From assembly GCA_026770705.1 (NCBI GenBank), contig JANJGN010000018.1, forward strand, positions 40,548,001-40,612,000: a stretch of 64,000 nucleotides of DNA. The letters run 5' to 3'. The stretch's first letter is position 1; each line of letters opens with the position of its first letter. The stretch is from Isurus oxyrinchus (Eukaryota). The notes beneath the pieces were generated by a model. It made no database searches, was not told the origin of the DNA, and saw only the letters and a program-made list of their open reading frames with translations. This document shows, piece by piece, positions 62,640 through 64,000 of the stretch. A program made the position numbers and the translations under genes.

Positions 62640-64000
62640 CGTTGCTCATGAGGCCTCTGGTTCAGTAGTGCTGGAGCAGTGCAGCCTCAAATTTCTTAAT
62701 TGGTTGCTAGGAAAGGAAATTTCTATGGGCCCACTAATATTGCAACAATGATGACCTTTTTAGAGTTCAAAATTTGTTCAAATGAAATGTGTTCTCTTAG
62801 TGTGCTGGAGTTTCTCTGTCATGTGGATGCAATTCCATGCACCATGTGAGTCAGTTCCATAGCACCAGCAGCAACAGTCAAATGACTGCATGCAAACTAT
62901 CATTGCTGTTGTCAGTCCCTTCAGATGAAGATGATGTCTGCCAGCCTTCAAGATTTGTGTGTTCTCAGGTGACTCCAATCCTGGAGCCACAGGTCTTTGG
63001 GCAGAAAGGACAAGAGTTGCTCCAAGTAAAAAGAGTTTTCTTGAGCCAGGGTTCTGCTCTCTTTCCTTCCACTTTCATTGTTTTTCTGCAGCAGAGTTTA
63101 TGCAGCAGTTCCTGACTGTGTTGCAGCTTATTGGATGAGGCACCACAACACAGCACAATTAACGACAAATTCCTTCCGTGCACCAATGTCAATTTGTTCC
63201 CTTTTCAATAAAGCCTTCAGAGTGTCCTTAAAATGTTTTCTCTGCCTTCCTTGAAATTGGGTGGCATTTAAGTTTGAAAAGAGGATCTGCTTCAGATGCG
63301 GTGTCTGGGTGAGTGGAGCTGATTTCGCATGATTGTGGTTGCAATGCTGGAGGAATTGGCTTTGGTGAGAATGCCAGAGCTTGTTCATCTGTATAAAAAC
63401 AAAAAACTGCAGATGCTAGAAATCCAAAACAGAATTACCTGGAAAAACTCAGCAGGTCTGGCAGCATCGGCGGAGAAGAAAAGAAAAGAGTTTGAGTTCT
63501 GTTGAAGGGTCATGAGGACTCAAAACGTCAACTCTTATCTTCTCCGCCGATGCTGCCAGACCTGCTGAGTTTTTCCAGGTAATTCTGTTTTTGTTTTGTT
63601 CATCTGTATTCCCACTTGACTTTGAGTATTCTGCAGAGACACTGTTGGTGGGGATTCTCCAGTGATCAGAGACTTTGGAAGGTAGCCCAAGTCTCACTGC
63701 CATATAGAAAGTTGGTGACTAAAGCTTTTGCCCTCTTACGAAGATCTCTATTGTCAAAGACCCGCTTGTGCAATTTTTGGAAGGTGCAGCAGCACAGCCA
63801 ATTTGGTGCTGGATCTCCCCTTTGATGGTGACCTTTTGAGAAAGGTAGCTCCCAGGATCTGGGAAGTGTTCAAAACTTCTTAAATTCTCCCCATCAATAA
63901 CAACAGTTGGAGGTGTGGATGCTTGAATGGAGGAGGGCTGGTGGAGGATTTTGGTCTTGCTGATGTTGATTGAGGGATTAACCCTTTTGTATGCAGAGTT
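62640..64000 (-). mobile_element. RTE-clade LINE 3' region
   Basis: HLKQILFSNL..QGRQRKHFKDTLKALLK and C-terminal CPFCPKTCGSRIG. Confidence 0.7.
63395..63595. mobile_element. Palindromic mini-PLE insertion inside an RTE LINE
   Basis: Minus arm to 63492, plus arm from ~63495; TSD TTGTTCATCTGTAT 63381-63394 / 63596-63609. Confidence 0.88.

Noticed and set aside
1-64000. CRISPR arrays, tRNA/rRNA genes, prokaryotic or viral genes
   Set aside because: No regularly spaced repeat-spacer array or recognisable structural RNA or viral gene seen; tRNA-like boxes belong to SINE heads.

Overview
Eukaryotic, repeat-rich vertebrate DNA. The repeat content (Penelope-like elements, CR1/L2/RTE LINEs, Deu-domain SINEs, Harbinger MITEs) looks like a cartilaginous fish; the species cannot be fixed from sequence alone. 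Two host genes lie on the minus strand: the last three coding exons of an IGSF3-like EWI-family Ig gene (59009-50480) and the promoter plus first three coding exons of TTF2 (7253-1399). The main mobile system is a very young Penelope-like (PLE) family with five insertions, each flanked by an 11-16 bp target-site duplication (TSD). One is near full length (RT + GIY-YIG ORF with a single nonsense codon). Four of the five are fold-back, tails-outward palindromes with one long and one short tail, and several of their internal junctions fall in or next to a minimal hammerhead ribozyme with a variant core (CUGUCGA). The TTF2-IGSF3 intergenic region also appears to hold two decayed, TE-riddled, tandem, apparently intronless copies of a divergent chondroitin synthase/CHPF-like (CHGN family) gene, recognised only by eye, plus a decayed two-ORF Harbinger transposon. 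All homology calls rest on manual translation and recalled motifs; no searches were run.
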